Notes under the pieces: generated by a model | Database searches by the model: none | Told to the model about the DNA's origin: nothing | Seen by the model: only the letters and a program-made list of their open reading frames with translations | Assembly (NCBI GenBank): GCA_963702475.1 | Contig: CAVPCT010000001.1 | Coordinates: 1-64,000, forward strand | Source of the DNA: an uncultured Thermoleophilia bacterium | GTDB taxonomy: Bacteria > Actinomycetota > Thermoleophilia > UBA2241 | Reading direction: 5' to 3' | DNA length: 64,000 nucleotides | Made by a program: the position numbers and the translations under genes | Shown here: one piece after another, positions 9,214 to 19,310 of the stretch | Position numbering within the stretch: position 1 is the first letter of the stretch | Layout of the letters: the number at the start of each line of letters is the position of its first letter

Positions 9214-12200
9214 GTGCCCTTGGACCCGAAGTGGACCTGCATCGACGGCAACGAGGCGGCTGCGCGGGTCGCCTACGCCCTCAGCGAGGTACTGGCCATC
9301 TACCCGATCACGCCGTCCTCGCCCATGGGTGAGGCGGCCGACGGCTGGGCGGCCGCCGGCAGGCCGAACCTCTGGGGCGTCGTGCCCGACGTCGTCGAGA
9401 TGCAGTCTGAGGCGGGCGCGGCCGGAGCGCTGCACGGAGCCCTGCAGAGAGGTGCGCTCTCAGGGAGCTTCACGGCCTCGCAAGGCCTCCTGCTGATGAT
9501 CCCCAACATGTTCAAGATCGCGGGCGAGCTGACGCCCGCCGTGATCCACGTGTCGGCGCGCACGGTGGCCACGCACGCCCTCTCGATCTTCGGCGACCAC
9601 AGCGACGTCATGCACGCGCGCACCACGGGGTGGGCGATGCTCGCCTCCGCCTCGGTGCAGGAGGCTCAGGACCTGGCGCTCGTCGCGCACGTCGCCACGC
9701 TGCGCGCCCGCGTCCCGTTCATCCACTTCTTCGACGGCTTCCGCACCTCGCACGAGATCGACAGCATCGCCCTCCTGAACGACGATGACCTGAGGGCCCT
9801 GGTGCCCGAGGAGGAGATCCTCGCCTTCCGCGCCCGGGCCCTGACCCCGGACGCTCCGCTCGTGCGCGGCACGTCCCAGAACCCCGACGCCTACTTCCAG
9901 GGCCGTGAAGCGTGCAACCCCTTCCACCTCGCCACACCCGGCATCGTCGCCGGGGCCATGGCGGCGTTCGGTGCGCGCACCGGGCGTCACTACGGGCTCG
10001 TGGAGTACGAGGGCGCGCCCGACGCGGAGCGGGTCGTCGTCCTCATGGGGTCCGGCATCGGCGCGACCGAGCAGACCGTGGACACGCTGATCGCGGCCGG
10101 CGAGAAGGTAGGCCTGGTGAAGGTCCGCCTGTACCGGCCGTTCCCGGCGGAGCAGTTCGTCGCCGCTCTGCCCGAGTCGGTGTGCGCGATCGCGGTCCTC
10201 GACAGGACCAAGGAGCCGGGTGCGACGGGCGAGCCGCTCTACCTCGACGTCGTGACCGCGCTGGCCGAGCATATGGACTCCACGGAGCCGCGCTTCGAGC
10301 GTATGCCGCGGGTCATCGGCGGCCGCTACGGCCTGTCGTCGAAGGAGTTCACCCCCGGCATGGCCAAGGTGGTCTTCGACGAGCTCTCGGCCGCGACCCC
10401 CAAGCGCCACTTCACCGTCGGCATCACCGACGACGTCACGCACCTGAGCCTCTCGCCCGACGCGGAGTTCCGCTACCCGCGCCCCGCCGGCGAAGTGCAG
10501 GCGATGTTCTTCGGCACCGGTTCGGACGGCACGGTCGGAGCCAACAAGAACACCGTCAAGATCATCGGCGAGGGCACCGACCTGTGGGCCCAGGGCTACT
10601 TCGTCTACGACTCGAAGAAGGCCGGCTCCGTCACGGTCTCCCACCTGCGCTTCGGCCCCAATCCGATCCGCTCCGGCTACCTGATCGAACGCGCCGACTT
10701 CATCGCCTGCCACCGCTTCGGCTTGCTCGGCAAGCTCAAGGTGCTCGGGCACGCCCGGGACGGCGCGACGTTCCTGCTCAACAGCCCGTATCCGGCCGAC
10801 GAGGTCTGGGACAACCTCCCCGAGTGCATCCAGGAGCAGCTCATCGAGAAGCACCTGCGCTTCTGGGTGATCGACGCCGACAGAGTCGCCGCAGAGACCG
10901 GCATGGGCAACCGCATCAACACCGTGATGCAGCCCTGCTTCTTCGCGCTCTCCGGCGTCCTGCCCGTCGACGACGCCGTGGCGCGCATCAAGGAGTCCGT
11001 CGAGAAGACCTACGGCAAACGCGGCCCCGTCATCGTGGAGCGGAACTTCGCCGCCATCGACCGATCGTTGCAGGAGCTCACCGAGGTCAAGGTGCCCGAG
11101 TCGGTGACCTGCAGCGGTTCGCCGCTGATCACCGTGCCCGACGACGCTCCGGAGTTCGTGAAGCGCGTCACCGTGCCCCTGCTGGCCGGCGAGGGCGACC
11201 TGCTGCCGGTGAGCGCCTTCCCGGTGGACGGCTCGTACATCACCGGCACCTCGAAGTACGAGAAGCGGGTCATCGCCCGGGAGATCCCGATCTGGGACCC
11301 GGAACTCTGCATCGACTGCGGCAAGTGCGCCCTGGTCTGCCCTCACGGCGTGATCCGCATGAAGGTCTACGAGCCTTCGCACCTCGAGGGCGCGCCCGAG
11401 GGGTTCCGCAGCAAGGAGTTCCGCTCCAAGGAGTTGCCTGGTCATAGGCTGACCATCCAGGTGTCGCCCGACGACTGCACCGGCTGCGTCGTCTGCGTCA
11501 ACGTCTGCCCCGCCAAGAGCAAGACCGAGGTGAAGCGCCGGGCCATCGGCATGGAGCCGGCGGCCGAGCACCGTGTCGCGGAGCGCGTCAATTGGCGGTT
11601 CTTCAACACCATCCCTCCGCTGGCCAGGGACCTGCTCCCACGCGACACCGTCAAGGGCTCGCAGGTGCTGGAACCGCTGTTCGAGTTCTCCGGGGCCTGC
11701 ACGGGCTGCGGTGAGACGCCCTACGTCAAACTGGTCTCGCAGCTCTTCGGCGACCGCATCGTGGTCGCCAACTCCACCGGCTGCTCGTCCATCTACGGCG
11801 GCAACCTGCCCACGACTCCGTGGACCGTGGACCGCGAGGGACGCGGGCCGGCGTGGAACAACTCCCTGTTCGAAGACACGGCGGAGTTCGGCATGGGGAT
11901 GCGCATGGGCTCCGAGGCGCGCCTGGCGCGGGCGCGGGTGCTCCTCGAGCGCCTCGCCCCGCGTCTTGACGGCGCCCTCGTCACGGGGATCCTCGAGGCA
12001 CGCCAGGACACCGAGCTGGAGCTGCGCGAACAGCGCCGGAGGGTGGCCGAGCTGGTGAGAGCCCTGGAGGGTCTGGACGACGAGGACCCCGAGGTCCGTC
12101 ACCTGCTGAGGCTCGCCGACGACCTCGTGCACAAGGGCGTCTGGATCATCGGCGGCGACGGCTGGGCCTACGATATCGGCTTTGGCGGCCTCGACCACGT

Positions 12201-12852
12201 GCTCGCCGGCACGCGGAACGTCAACATCCTCGTGCTGGACACCGAGGTCTACTCCAACACCGGCGGACAGGCATCCAAGGCGACGCCGCGTGGAGCGGTG
12301 GCCAAGTTCGCCGCCTCAGGAAAGTCGACGGCGAAGAAGGACCTCGGCGCCCTGGCCATGGCCTACGGCACCGCCTACGTCGCGCAGATCGCCATGGGGG
12401 CCAACGACGCCCAGACGGTCAAGGCGCTCCTCGAGGCCGACGCCTGGCCGGGACCGTCCCTCGTGATCGCCTACTGCACCTGCACGGCTCACGGGATCGA
12501 CATGGCGAAGTCGATGGACCACATGAAGGACGCGGTCCGCAGCGGCTACTGGCCCCTGTACCGCTTCCAGCCCACCCGGACCAGGGACGGCCAGCCGTTC
12601 AAGCTCGACTCTCGGGCGCCGTCGCTGCCGGTGCGCGAGTTCATCGCCGCAGAGGCGCGCTTCGGCATCCTCAGCCGCACGCACCCGGAGCGCTCCGAGC
12701 ACCTGATCGAGCAGATCCAGGCCGACATCGACGAGCGCTGGCGCTACTACGAACAGCTGTCCTCGATGTCGCGGACCACGCGCGCGTCCGCGGGCGGCGC
12801 TCGCGTCGACGACCGCGACGACGGCGTGCAGGACCAGGAGGACCCCTCATGA
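9214..12852 (+). CDS. nifJ: pyruvate:ferredoxin (flavodoxin) oxidoreductase, homodimeric type
   Basis: DGNEAAA, YPITPSS, MQSEAGAAG, two CxxCxxCxxxCP, GGDGWAYDIG, DTEVYSNTGGQ. Confidence 0.97.
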   Translation: MPLDPKWTCIDGNEAAARVAYALSEVLAIYPITPSSPMGEAADGWAAAGRPNLWGVVPDVVEMQSEAGAAGALHGALQRGALSGSFTASQGLLLMIPNMFKIAGELTPAVIHVSARTVATHALSIFGDHSDVMHARTTGWAMLASASVQEAQDLALVAHVATLRARVPFIHFFDGFRTSHEIDSIALLNDDDLRALVPEEEILAFRARALTPDAPLVRGTSQNPDAYFQGREACNPFHLATPGIVAGAMAAFGARTGRHYGLVEYEGAPDAERVVVLMGSGIGATEQTVDTLIAAGEKVGLVKVRLYRPFPAEQFVAALPESVCAIAVLDRTKEPGATGEPLYLDVVTALAEHMDSTEPRFERMPRVIGGRYGLSSKEFTPGMAKVVFDELSAATPKRHFTVGITDDVTHLSLSPDAEFRYPRPAGEVQAMFFGTGSDGTVGANKNTVKIIGEGTDLWAQGYFVYDSKKAGSVTVSHLRFGPNPIRSGYLIERADFIACHRFGLLGKLKVLGHARDGATFLLNSPYPADEVWDNLPECIQEQLIEKHLRFWVIDADRVAAETGMGNRINTVMQPCFFALSGVLPVDDAVARIKESVEKTYGKRGPVIVERNFAAIDRSLQELTEVKVPESVTCSGSPLITVPDDAPEFVKRVTVPLLAGEGDLLPVSAFPVDGSYITGTSKYEKRVIAREIPIWDPELCIDCGKCALVCPHGVIRMKVYEPSHLEGAPEGFRSKEFRSKELPGHRLTIQVSPDDCTGCVVCVNVCPAKSKTEVKRRAIGMEPAAEHRVAERVNWRFFNTIPPLARDLLPRDTVKGSQVLEPLFEFSGACTGCGETPYVKLVSQLFGDRIVVANSTGCSSIYGGNLPTTPWTVDREGRGPAWNNSLFEDTAEFGMGMRMGSEARLARARVLLERLAPRLDGALVTGILEARQDTELELREQRRRVAELVRALEGLDDEDPEVRHLLRLADDLVHKGVWIIGGDGWAYDIGFGGLDHVLAGTRNVNILVLDTEVYSNTGGQASKATPRGAVAKFAASGKSTAKKDLGALAMAYGTAYVAQIAMGANDAQTVKALLEADAWPGPSLVIAYCTCTAHGIDMAKSMDHMKDAVRSGYWPLYRFQPTRTRDGQPFKLDSRAPSLPVREFIAAEARFGILSRTHPERSEHLIEQIQADIDERWRYYEQLSSMSRTTRASAGGARVDDRDDGVQDQEDPS

Positions 12853-13853
12853 GCCGGTTGTCCACGAGCTACCTCGGCCTCGAGCTGCGCAGCCCGCTCG
12901 TCGCCTCCGCGAGCCCCTTCACGCGGCAGCCGGAGAGCGCCCTGCGGCTTCAGGAGGCCGGCGCTGCGGCCATCGTCCTGCCTTCGCTCTTCGAGGAGGA
13001 GGTCGTGAGCGAGGAGGTCGAGCTCAGCCGGGCGCTCGAGCAGGGCGCCGAGAACTTCGCCGAGGCGCTCGACTACTTCCCGGCGGTGGACACCTTCGAG
13101 AGCATCGCCGACCGCTACCTCGCGGCCATAGGCAAGGCGAAGGAGCAGCTGGACGTGCCCGTCATCGCCAGCCTCAATGCGACCTCGAGCGGCGGGTGGG
13201 TGCGCTACGCGAGGCTGATCGAGGAGGCGGGCGCCGACGCGCTCGAGCTGAATCTCTACCGGCTGGCGGCCGACCCTGCCCGCTCCGGGTCGGACATGGA
13301 GGCCGGCGACCTCGAGGTGATCCGTCGCGTCAGGGAGTCGACCGGACTGCCGCTGGCGGTGAAGATCTCGCCGTACTACTCGGCGCTGGCCAACTTCGCC
13401 CTCACCGTGGCCGGGACGGGCGCGAACGGCCTGGTGCTCTTCAACCGCTTCTACCAGCCGGACCTCGACGCCGATGCCCGCGAAGTCGTACCGCGGCTCG
13501 AGCTCAGCCAGCCGTGGGAGCTTCGGCTGCCGCTCCGCTGGATCGCGATCCTGCGCCCGCACCTCGTCGGACGCGCCTCGCTCGCCGCGTCGAGTGGGGT
13601 CAGCACCGGCATCGACGCGGCGAAGGCGCTGCTCGTGGGCGCGGACGTCGCCATGATGACGTCCGCGGTCCTCCGCCACGGCCGCGAGCACTTCGCGACG
13701 GTGGAACAGGAGTTGGTGCGGTGGATGGACGTCAACGAGTACGCCTCGGTCGAGGAGCTCCGGGGCAGTGTGAGCTACGCCGCCAGCGACGACCCGTCGG
13801 CGTTCGAGCGTGCCAACTACCTGAAGATCCTGCACTCCTGGAACCCAGCGTAG
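12849..13853 (+). CDS. dihydroorotate dehydrogenase-like FMN protein (PFOR-associated)
   Basis: YLGLELRSPLVASASP, LPSLFEE, LFNRFYQPD, AFERANY; ATGA overlap with nifJ. Confidence 0.9.
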   Translation: MSRLSTSYLGLELRSPLVASASPFTRQPESALRLQEAGAAAIVLPSLFEEEVVSEEVELSRALEQGAENFAEALDYFPAVDTFESIADRYLAAIGKAKEQLDVPVIASLNATSSGGWVRYARLIEEAGADALELNLYRLAADPARSGSDMEAGDLEVIRRVRESTGLPLAVKISPYYSALANFALTVAGTGANGLVLFNRFYQPDLDADAREVVPRLELSQPWELRLPLRWIAILRPHLVGRASLAASSGVSTGIDAAKALLVGADVAMMTSAVLRHGREHFATVEQELVRWMDVNEYASVEELRGSVSYAASDDPSAFERANYLKILHSWNPA

Positions 13854-14091
13854 GCCTGACGACCCGCCGGCGTCTCTCCTTGAGCCGCTGCCGGGCGAGC
13901 AGCGCGACGCCACGGCGGCTGCGGAGGGCGGTCGTGTCGTCGCGTCGTGACCGCGCAGGTCCTCGTCGTCGTAGCCGGCCGCGCGCTGCGCCGCGCAATC
14001 GACGTGGAGGAGAGAGCAGCGGCACGCGGCCGCAGTCCGGCGCTCGAAGGTCGGCGCTGCCGCTGCCGGGCGGTGCCGGGCAGTCGGGACT

Positions 14092-14526
14092 TCAGCCCTC
14101 AGCGGGCGCTGGAATCGCCCCGAGCTGCTGCATCATGGCCATGCTGTCCATCAGCCCCCAGTGCTCGACGAGCTTGCCCCCGGCGATTCGGATGATGTCT
14201 ATCACACCGACGGACACTCTCTTGCCGGTGGGCGGAACGCCCATGAAGTCGCTGCCCGTGTGGGTACCGGTCCAGGTCTGGCGGATCACCACCTTGTCGC
14301 CCTCGGCCACGATGTCCTCCACTGTGGCCTTGAGATCGGGGAATGCACGGCGCCACATCATGGTCAACTGCTTGACACCCTCACGACCATCCGCAAGTCC
14401 GGGTGGGACCTCCTCGCGTTCGGCGAAGTCGGGCGCCAGGAAGTCGTCCGCCCTATCGATGCTCCCCTGGTTGAAGATCTCCTCCACCATCTGACGCACC
14501 AGCGCCTTGTTCTGCTCAGTCGACAT
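14092..14526 (-). CDS. SnoaL-like ester cyclase (NTF2 fold)
   Basis: NKALVR, AFPDL, VAEGDKV, GTHTG..FMGVPPTGK, GKLVEHW. Confidence 0.92.
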   Translation of the reverse strand: MSTEQNKALVRQMVEEIFNQGSIDRADDFLAPDFAEREEVPPGLADGREGVKQLTMMWRRAFPDLKATVEDIVAEGDKVVIRQTWTGTHTGSDFMGVPPTGKRVSVGVIDIIRIAGGKLVEHWGLMDSMAMMQQLGAIPAPAEG

Positions 14527-14799
14527 CGCTCATGCTCCCTTGTCGGCGTGGAAAGCGCCGCGTCGTGCGCGCGGCAGTCGTCAGCGCATCGGTTCCCGGC
14601 CGCCGTCATTGCGCGGTCGCCCGGAGTAGTACCCACGAAGTGACGTCGCCTGGCTTCCGTCCGTTGAGTGTGCGGACAGACTGTGCGGCGAGTGACGCCT
14701 GACGCCTCCGTGAGCTCCGTTCCGCCATAGGCGCCGCCGACCTGGCGTGATAAGAGTGAGTCGCATGGCGACATCCCGTCGCGGCAGAAGGAGATCACG

Positions 14800-15288
14800 A
14801 TGCCACGCGTGTCCCTGAATCAGAACGCTCCTGAGTTCAGCCTGCCCGACTTCTCCGGCGTCCCCGTCAGCCTCTCGGACTACCGGGGCGAGAAGAACGT
14901 GCTGCTCGTCTTCAACCGCGGCTTCACCTGACCGTTCTGCCGCCGGCATATGGCGCAGTTGCGCCGTGACTATCCCCAGTTCGTGGCCCGCGACGTCGAG
15001 GTCGTGGTCGTCGGCCCCGAGAACGCGCGTGGGTTTGCCGACTACTGGCACAAGGAGTCCCTGCCCTTCGTCGGTCTGCCCGACGCGACACACAGCGTGC
15101 TCAAGCTCTACGGGCAGGAGGTGAACATCTTCAGGCTCGGACGGATGCCGGCCCAGGTGCTGATCGACAAGGCCGGGGTCGCGCGCTTCGTGCACTACGG
15201 ACACGACATGAGCGACATCCCGGAGAACGAGGAGATCCTGGCGCTGGCCGACGAGATCAACGCCTCGACCGGCGGCTCCGTCGCCTAA
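14800..15288 (+). CDS. AhpC/TSA peroxiredoxin-like selenoprotein (UxxC)
   Basis: ATG 14800 after AAGGAG; APEFSLPDFSGVPVSLSDYRGEKNVLLVFNRGFT-TGA(14929)-PFCRRHMAQLR continues in frame to 15288; hairpin directly after UGA. Confidence 0.88.
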
Positions 15289-15762
15289 GGGCGCATCGCA
15301 CCAGACTGATGAGACGCCCTTCGCGCTCGAGGGTGAAGCGGCTCTGGGGACTCGTGGTGACCGACTGGCCATCGCCTTCGTCCGTATCGTCTTCACGGTC
15401 TCCAGTGGCGCGAAGCGTGCGCCGCCGCCCGCAGCCCCGCTGCAACCCGCGGGCTTTGTCCGGTGTTGACGTGAAAGCGGAAGAGGTCCGGGCTCGAGTA
15501 GTGACCGACGCTGTCCAGCATTCGCCGGGCAACCCCGACCTGATCCAGGTCGACGTCTGCGTCGAGGTGCCCGAGGGCGCGCTGACTTGTGCTTCGTGAC
15601 GGCCGAATCCGGCATCGACAGGACTAGGCGCGATCACGGGTCCGCCGTACCATCGACACTGGGGAGGGGTCAAGCGCCTCGACGGGATGGCCACCGTCCG
15701 CCATGACAGGCGGTATCGAGTGAAGCCTCCGATGATGCAGGCTCCAGGGGGGAGTGAGCGCG

Positions 15763-17562
15763 ATGAGCACTGACACGACAAGGGCACCTCGCGGCGACGT
15801 CGTGGAGCTCCCGATCGGGCTGCCGTCCGGGTCCGAGCTCGTGGCGGTGGGGCGTCACCGGGGAGAGAGGATCGAGGTGACTCCCTCCGCGTTCACCGCG
15901 GTCCGCGGCGTGCGCAGCGAAGCTCACCTCAAGGCCGAACGGGCGAGGGCCGGGGAGCTGACCTGGTCGATGATCATGGGCCGGGCCACCATCGACGAGC
16001 AGGTCGATGCTCTCCGGTATCTGGACGCACGTGGTGCTGAGTCAGGTTTCGTCATCGATCGCGGCATGGTGATCCCCGACTGGACATCGGGCCTTCCGCC
16101 GGCGCTTCGGGGAGATGCTCTCAAGGGCACCAGCTTCCTGCTGAGTGGGGAGGAGGACCACAAGCGGATCGCCCAGGCGGCTCCGATCTCCCCCGCCTTC
16201 TGCGACTGGCACATCGGGTCGCCTTTCTGCGTGGACAACACTGCGGCAGCCATCGCTGCAGGCGCCTCGTCACACGGCGTACTCGCCCAGTTCGCGTGGG
16301 ACCTTCCCTTGGTCCACGACGACGTCCCCGGGATCGTGGAGAACGTCACTGCCATCGGCATGGTGGCGGCCCGGCGCGATGAGTGGCTGTTCGTCGATTC
16401 GTACATGGACGACGGCATGCCCAGTCACTTCGTCGACAACGCTTCGCTCGTGGGGTACGCGCTGCTCGAGAAGTACGTCGTGGACGACCTCTGTGGGGCG
16501 CGCTACGCCACCGGCTTCGGCGGCCTCATCAGCGACATCCCGACCAAGGTGGGCGTTTGGCTGGCGCTGCATGAGGTTCTTAACGCGGAGCACCCCGGCC
16601 TCTCCTATCTGTACGGCAATACCATCTCGCCCTCCGAGACCGAGGTGGAGCAGAACTACGGCGTCATCGGACCCGAGATGGCCGTCTTCGCGGCCGTGGA
16701 GTCCCGCATGCGCACAGGCGTCTCGCTCCTGCCGACGCCCATCACAGAGAGGATCGAGGTCCCGACGCCGCAGGCCATCTTCGACGCCCGTGTGGTCGCA
16801 GGAAAGGCCTCCGAGCGAGGCGCCGAACTTGCTCGACTCCTGGACTGGCCCGGCATCGAGCGCACGCGTGACGCGCTCGTTCGGCACGGCAGGGCCTTCT
16901 TTGCGAACGCGATCGACCTGCTGAGAGCGAACGGCGTGGACGTCCTCGATCCGCTCCAGGTGCTGCTCGCTCTTCGGCGCATCGGCGCCCACCGCCTGGA
17001 GTCGCTCTGTCACCCGAGTGTGGCCGATGACCCGACAGCCGACGTCGTGCCGGTGGTCCCGACCGAGCTCCTTTCGATGGCTCAGGAGATGGCGGCCGCA
17101 GAACTCGCGGCCATCAAGGCGAGGGGGCTGGATGGAAGCATGAGAGGGAAGCGCATCATCGTCGCCTCGGCCGACACCCACTGGTACGGCGCATTCGCGG
17201 TGAGGACCGTCCTAAGGGCGCTTGGGGCGGACGTGCTCGATGCGGGTTCGGAGTGCGGGCCTGAAGCGCTCGCGGGACTGGCTCGAAGAGAGGGGGTCGA
17301 GAACATCGCGGTGAGCGCTCACAACGGTCAGTGTCTCACCTTCGGCGTCAGGCTCGCCGAGCTCCTCAGGGATGACGGTCCGCGCTGCACCATCTACGTC
17401 GGGGGCAAGCTGAACGCCATTGTGGACGGCGACACGGAGCCCTCGGACATGACCGAAGACCTGCGCCGGGCGGGTCTCGTTCCGTGCCGCTCTGTCGTCG
17501 ATCTTGTGGCGTACGGTCGGACACCGCCGTGGTCGGCGAGCATGCTCCCGTCCGCTCGGTGA
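15763..17562 (+). CDS. cobalamin-dependent protein (large N-terminal domain + C-terminal B12-binding domain)
   Basis: C-terminal ASADTHWYG (DxHxxG), IAVSAHNG, IYVGGKLN base-off/His-on motifs. Confidence 0.8.
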   Translation: MSTDTTRAPRGDVVELPIGLPSGSELVAVGRHRGERIEVTPSAFTAVRGVRSEAHLKAERARAGELTWSMIMGRATIDEQVDALRYLDARGAESGFVIDRGMVIPDWTSGLPPALRGDALKGTSFLLSGEEDHKRIAQAAPISPAFCDWHIGSPFCVDNTAAAIAAGASSHGVLAQFAWDLPLVHDDVPGIVENVTAIGMVAARRDEWLFVDSYMDDGMPSHFVDNASLVGYALLEKYVVDDLCGARYATGFGGLISDIPTKVGVWLALHEVLNAEHPGLSYLYGNTISPSETEVEQNYGVIGPEMAVFAAVESRMRTGVSLLPTPITERIEVPTPQAIFDARVVAGKASERGAELARLLDWPGIERTRDALVRHGRAFFANAIDLLRANGVDVLDPLQVLLALRRIGAHRLESLCHPSVADDPTADVVPVVPTELLSMAQEMAAAELAAIKARGLDGSMRGKRIIVASADTHWYGAFAVRTVLRALGADVLDAGSECGPEALAGLARREGVENIAVSAHNGQCLTFGVRLAELLRDDGPRCTIYVGGKLNAIVDGDTEPSDMTEDLRRAGLVPCRSVVDLVAYGRTPPWSASMLPSAR

Positions 17563-17761
17563 GGGGGTCCTTCAGCGGCGTGCGGTAGCCTCGCTCACCC
17601 GACGGTCAGTGTGCCAGAGTCACAGGCGATCCGCGCAGGTATTTTGCCGCTTCTGTACAGAAGGCTCACTCGCCTCGGTCTCGTGCGTCGCTGGTCGCCC
17701 GCGGATCTGACGCCCTTGTGTCCGCCGTGCCCGCGTTGCCGTGGATGCTCGCGCCCAGCGC

Positions 17762-17812
17762 AGAATCACCGGATTCTGGTGAAAACAGCCCGCCGTGCGC
17801 CCTCCTACGATG
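17762..17812 (+). promoter_or_regulatory. operator + promoter with TACGAT -10; copy 2
   Basis: 43/51 identity to 3101-3151. Confidence 0.65.
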
Positions 17813-17845
17813 TGACTCACAGGGAACCCGTGGGGGGAGGGCGTC

Positions 17846-18726
17846 ATGAAGAAGCTCCTGTGTCCGCCGGGCTGCGCGCTGATCATCGCCGTGCTCTCCC
17901 TCGCCGCCTGCGGCGGCGCGAGCTCACCGCCGTCAGGGTCGCCAGAGGAGTCACCGTCGGCGCCCGGCTCGCCCACCCCGGCGGTCGTGGTCAGTGCCAC
18001 GCCGCCGCCGACGTACAGCTACACGCCGGGCGCCAAGCCGATCCCCGCCGCCACCTTCCCCGCGCAGGCGGGCTCCACTGACGTCGGGGAGGCGTCCACC
18101 GGCTGGTGGTTCGAACCGCAGACCGACATCCAGGTCACTCACCTGGGCTACTACGATGATGGCGGTGACGGCCTGCTCCACGAACACCCGGCCGGCATCT
18201 ATGACGACAGACGAAGAGGCTGCTCGCCCACGCCGTGGTGCGGCGGGCCGGTCCGCTGGAGTCGTCGTTCCGCTGGGTGAAGATCAAGCCGTTGACGCTG
18301 AAGGCGGGCAGGACCTACATCGTGGCAGCCTACGCCATGCCGCCCTTCGACCCGGAGGTCGCGGACCCCGACGGCCTCACCTGGGCGTCGGAGATCGAGG
18401 TAGGGACCAACATCTACGTCGACGCCACCAAGCTCCAGTACCCCACGACGCCCTACAACCGCCTGTATCTCACCCCGAACTTCAAGTTCCGCGTCGTCCC
18501 CGTCCCGGTCGCCGCTGCTACCTTCCCCGCCCAGGAGGGCACGAATGCGGGCTTCTCGCCGAGCACCAACGGCTGGGAGTTCAAGCCCACGGCCGACATC
18601 GTCGTCACCGACCTCGGCTACTTCGACGACGCGCAGGACGGGCTGCGTCACAGTCACCCGGTGGGCATCTTCGACGCGGTCTTCACGGCCGCATCTGCAA
18701 CCATTCTGCAACCGAGATGCTCGTGA
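17846..18726 (+). pseudogene. lipoprotein with tandem DUF4082-like beta domains; frameshifted (~18205) and 3'-truncated
   Basis: Lipobox LAAC; repeated unit AATFPAQxG..GWxFxPxxDIxVTxLGYxDDxxDGLxHxHPxGIxD; second repeat cut at ~18690. Confidence 0.65.
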
Positions 18727-18784
18727 CTGGATGACCTTGGGCGGGTCTCTCTGGCACCTTCACCGCTATACTTGACCCCTTCGT

Positions 18785-18860
18785 GGGCCGCTAGCTCAGT
18801 TGGGAGAGCGCCGCCTTTGCACGGCGGAGGTCAGGGGTTCGACTCCCCTGCGGTCCACCA
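18785..18860 (+). tRNA. tRNA-Ala (anticodon TGC)
   Basis: 76-nt cloverleaf, acceptor GGGCCGC/GCGGTCC with G3:U70, anticodon arm CCGCC-TTTGCAC-GGCGG, GGTTCGA T-loop, encoded CCA; TATACT -10 upstream. Confidence 0.97.
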
Positions 18861-18880
18861 CCTGGTTCACGCTCAGATAT

Positions 18881-19310
18881 TGTGCAGTTCCGGTACATCC
18901 TTTCCACCGTGGCTCCGGTAGGTGCGTTACACCTCAGGACGCGGTTCCGGTACCTGTGTTACACCCCTCGCTCCTGAAGATGGGGCCAGCCCGCCCTCGA
19001 ATAGACGACCAGCCGAGGTCGTCGACGGGGGAGGGCAGCTGCGGTGCTCACAGGGCTGGGAGTCGTGGAACAGCGCCACAAGGCCGTGCTGGAGGTGCTC
19101 GACGGCCTCGCCGTGAGCGAGGTCGCCCTCAGGTACGGGGTCACGCGCCAGACCGTGCACCGCTGGCTGCGCCGCTACGAGGCCTCAGGGCTCGCCGGCC
19201 TTGCCGACGCCTCCAGTCGACCCGCGAAGTGCCCCCACCAGCTGCCGCCCCACCTCGAGGAGCGCATCGTCGAGCTGCGGCGCGAGCACCCCGGCTGGGG
19301 GCCGACTGGA
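18881..19310 (+). mobile_element. IS481-family remnant (left end + transposase HTH fragment)
   Basis: TGT end, three 22-bp subterminal repeats (18887, 18912, 18944); VEQRHKAVLEVLDGLAVSEVALRYGVTRQTVHRWLRRY...SSRP..CPHQ...HPGWGP then truncated. Confidence 0.85.

Noticed and set aside
9460-12198. Very long antisense/alternate-frame ORFs (also 53589-56417, 59481-61355, and the 57246 extension)
   Set aside because: Shadow ORFs expected in high-GC DNA opposite or overlapping well-supported genes; low-complexity R/G/A/P translations.
9214-13853. nifJ + DHOD-like pair as novel
   Set aside because: A commonly observed conserved gene pair in anaerobes.
15289-15345. CTGATGAG hammerhead-ribozyme-like core
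   Set aside because: No GAAA after the putative stem II; the sequence is explained by a simple hairpin after the selenoprotein stop.
18887-18965. Three 22-bp repeats as a mini-CRISPR
   Set aside because: Spacers are only 3-10 bp, there are no cas genes, and they sit inside an IS481 left end.
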